This document shows, in pieces, positions 63,100 to 64,000 of a stretch of 64,000 nt of DNA. Source of the stretch: Lama guanicoe (lineage: Eukaryota); contig MU054323.1 of NCBI GenBank assembly GCA_013239625.1, positions 15,070,029 to 15,134,028 of the forward strand, in the 5' to 3' direction. The notes below the pieces were generated by a model. It saw only the letters and a program-made list of their open reading frames with translations. It searched no databases and was not told the origin of the DNA. The position numbers and the translations under genes are program-made. Each line of letters begins with the position of its first letter. Position 1 is the first letter of the stretch.

Positions 63100-64000
63100 A
63101 CTCTCTTTGATGATTCTTTCATTCGTTCCCCCTCACCTTCAAACACATTCAAAGCATATACCAAGAGTCAGCCCTCTTCCTTGTCCTCCTCAAGCTCCTA
63201 TCCCATCTCTCCCCTCTTACTGACTCCTCAACCTCTTGCAATCTGAGTTCCACCCTCTATTTCCTCTAGGGAAGTCACCTTTTTAGATCATTAAAATCTG
63301 CTTAATTAGCAAGTTCAAGCCCTTACAGTCTCAATCTACTCATTCTGTCTGCTTTTCATAACTCCCTCTCTTGACGTCCCTGATAGAGTATTTTCCTGAT
63401 TTCATGTCTGGGCTCAGTCAGCATCTTTTCATCAGTGAGACTTTCCCATGGTTATCTACACTCTTTGCCTTCCACTGTCCATGACTTCATTATGACTCTG
63501 TTGTAATGATTCCCAAATAAGCTCTCCATTCCTGATTCAGTTTGTGCATCTTAAACACCTGTGGGACACCATTTCATGGATAAGCTGTAGGCATTTGAAG
63601 TTTAATATGTATCTCTACACTGCCTTTCCCCACTAGGTCTTCCTCTTGACTTGCAAGTTTCCTCTATCTGATACATTCTGTATCTCAATAGATAGAATCA
63701 TTATCCCTCCAGTATTTCAAACTCAAAACTTTGGAGACTTCTTCAAGTACTTTATCTCTCTATTAAAGTGTTTTCTTTCTCTATCCCATCCAAGAGGTAT
63801 CAAATCCTGTTAGTTGGTTCTTGAAGTATCTCTCACCATCAGTCTTTCTAGACTCCTTGGCATTGTCTAGGTCCAGTCATCATTAAAGCTTGTCAGGAGC
63901 ATCCCAATAGTTTCCTAAGTCTTCTCTCTTGTCACCAGACCCAAGCCCTATCCTATCACATCATTCCCCTTTTCAGAACATTCAGTGACCCCCAAACTGC
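63100..64000 (+). mobile_element. L2 ORF2/3' remnant (probably extending back to about 61900)
   Basis: Pyrimidine-rich L2 motifs such as 'cctcaacctcttgcaatctgagttccacc', 'gattcccaaataagctctcc' and 'caaatcctgttagttggttcttgaagtatctctc'. Confidence 0.7.

Noticed and set aside
1..64000. CRISPR arrays, operons or other prokaryotic systems
   Set aside because: The sequence is clearly mammalian; I saw no regularly spaced repeats or long gene-dense ORFs.

Overview
This is AT-rich mammalian genomic DNA, most likely from a camelid: it has two tRNA-derived vic-1-type SINEs and young camelid-type L1 3' ends, and I saw no Alu, Bov-tA/BovB or PRE-1 elements. I recognised no protein-coding gene and no CpG island. 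The ORFs that resemble known proteins are decayed transposon fragments (L1 ORF1/ORF2, Tigger7 and Charlie/hAT transposases). The window looks intronic or intergenic and is densely filled with ancient L1, L2, MIR, MaLR/ERVL LTRs and hAT/Tigger DNA transposons, often nested. It also holds a retroposed U6 snRNA pseudogene and several microsatellites. The most notable details are a twin-primed, apparently tail-less L1 micro-insertion, an LTR41-borne CTCF motif, an antisense bias of retroelements that hints at a + strand host transcript, and several unverified exon-like segments. I found no convincing evidence of a novel biological system. Repeat subfamily names come from recalled consensus sequences and need RepeatMasker/Dfam confirmation.
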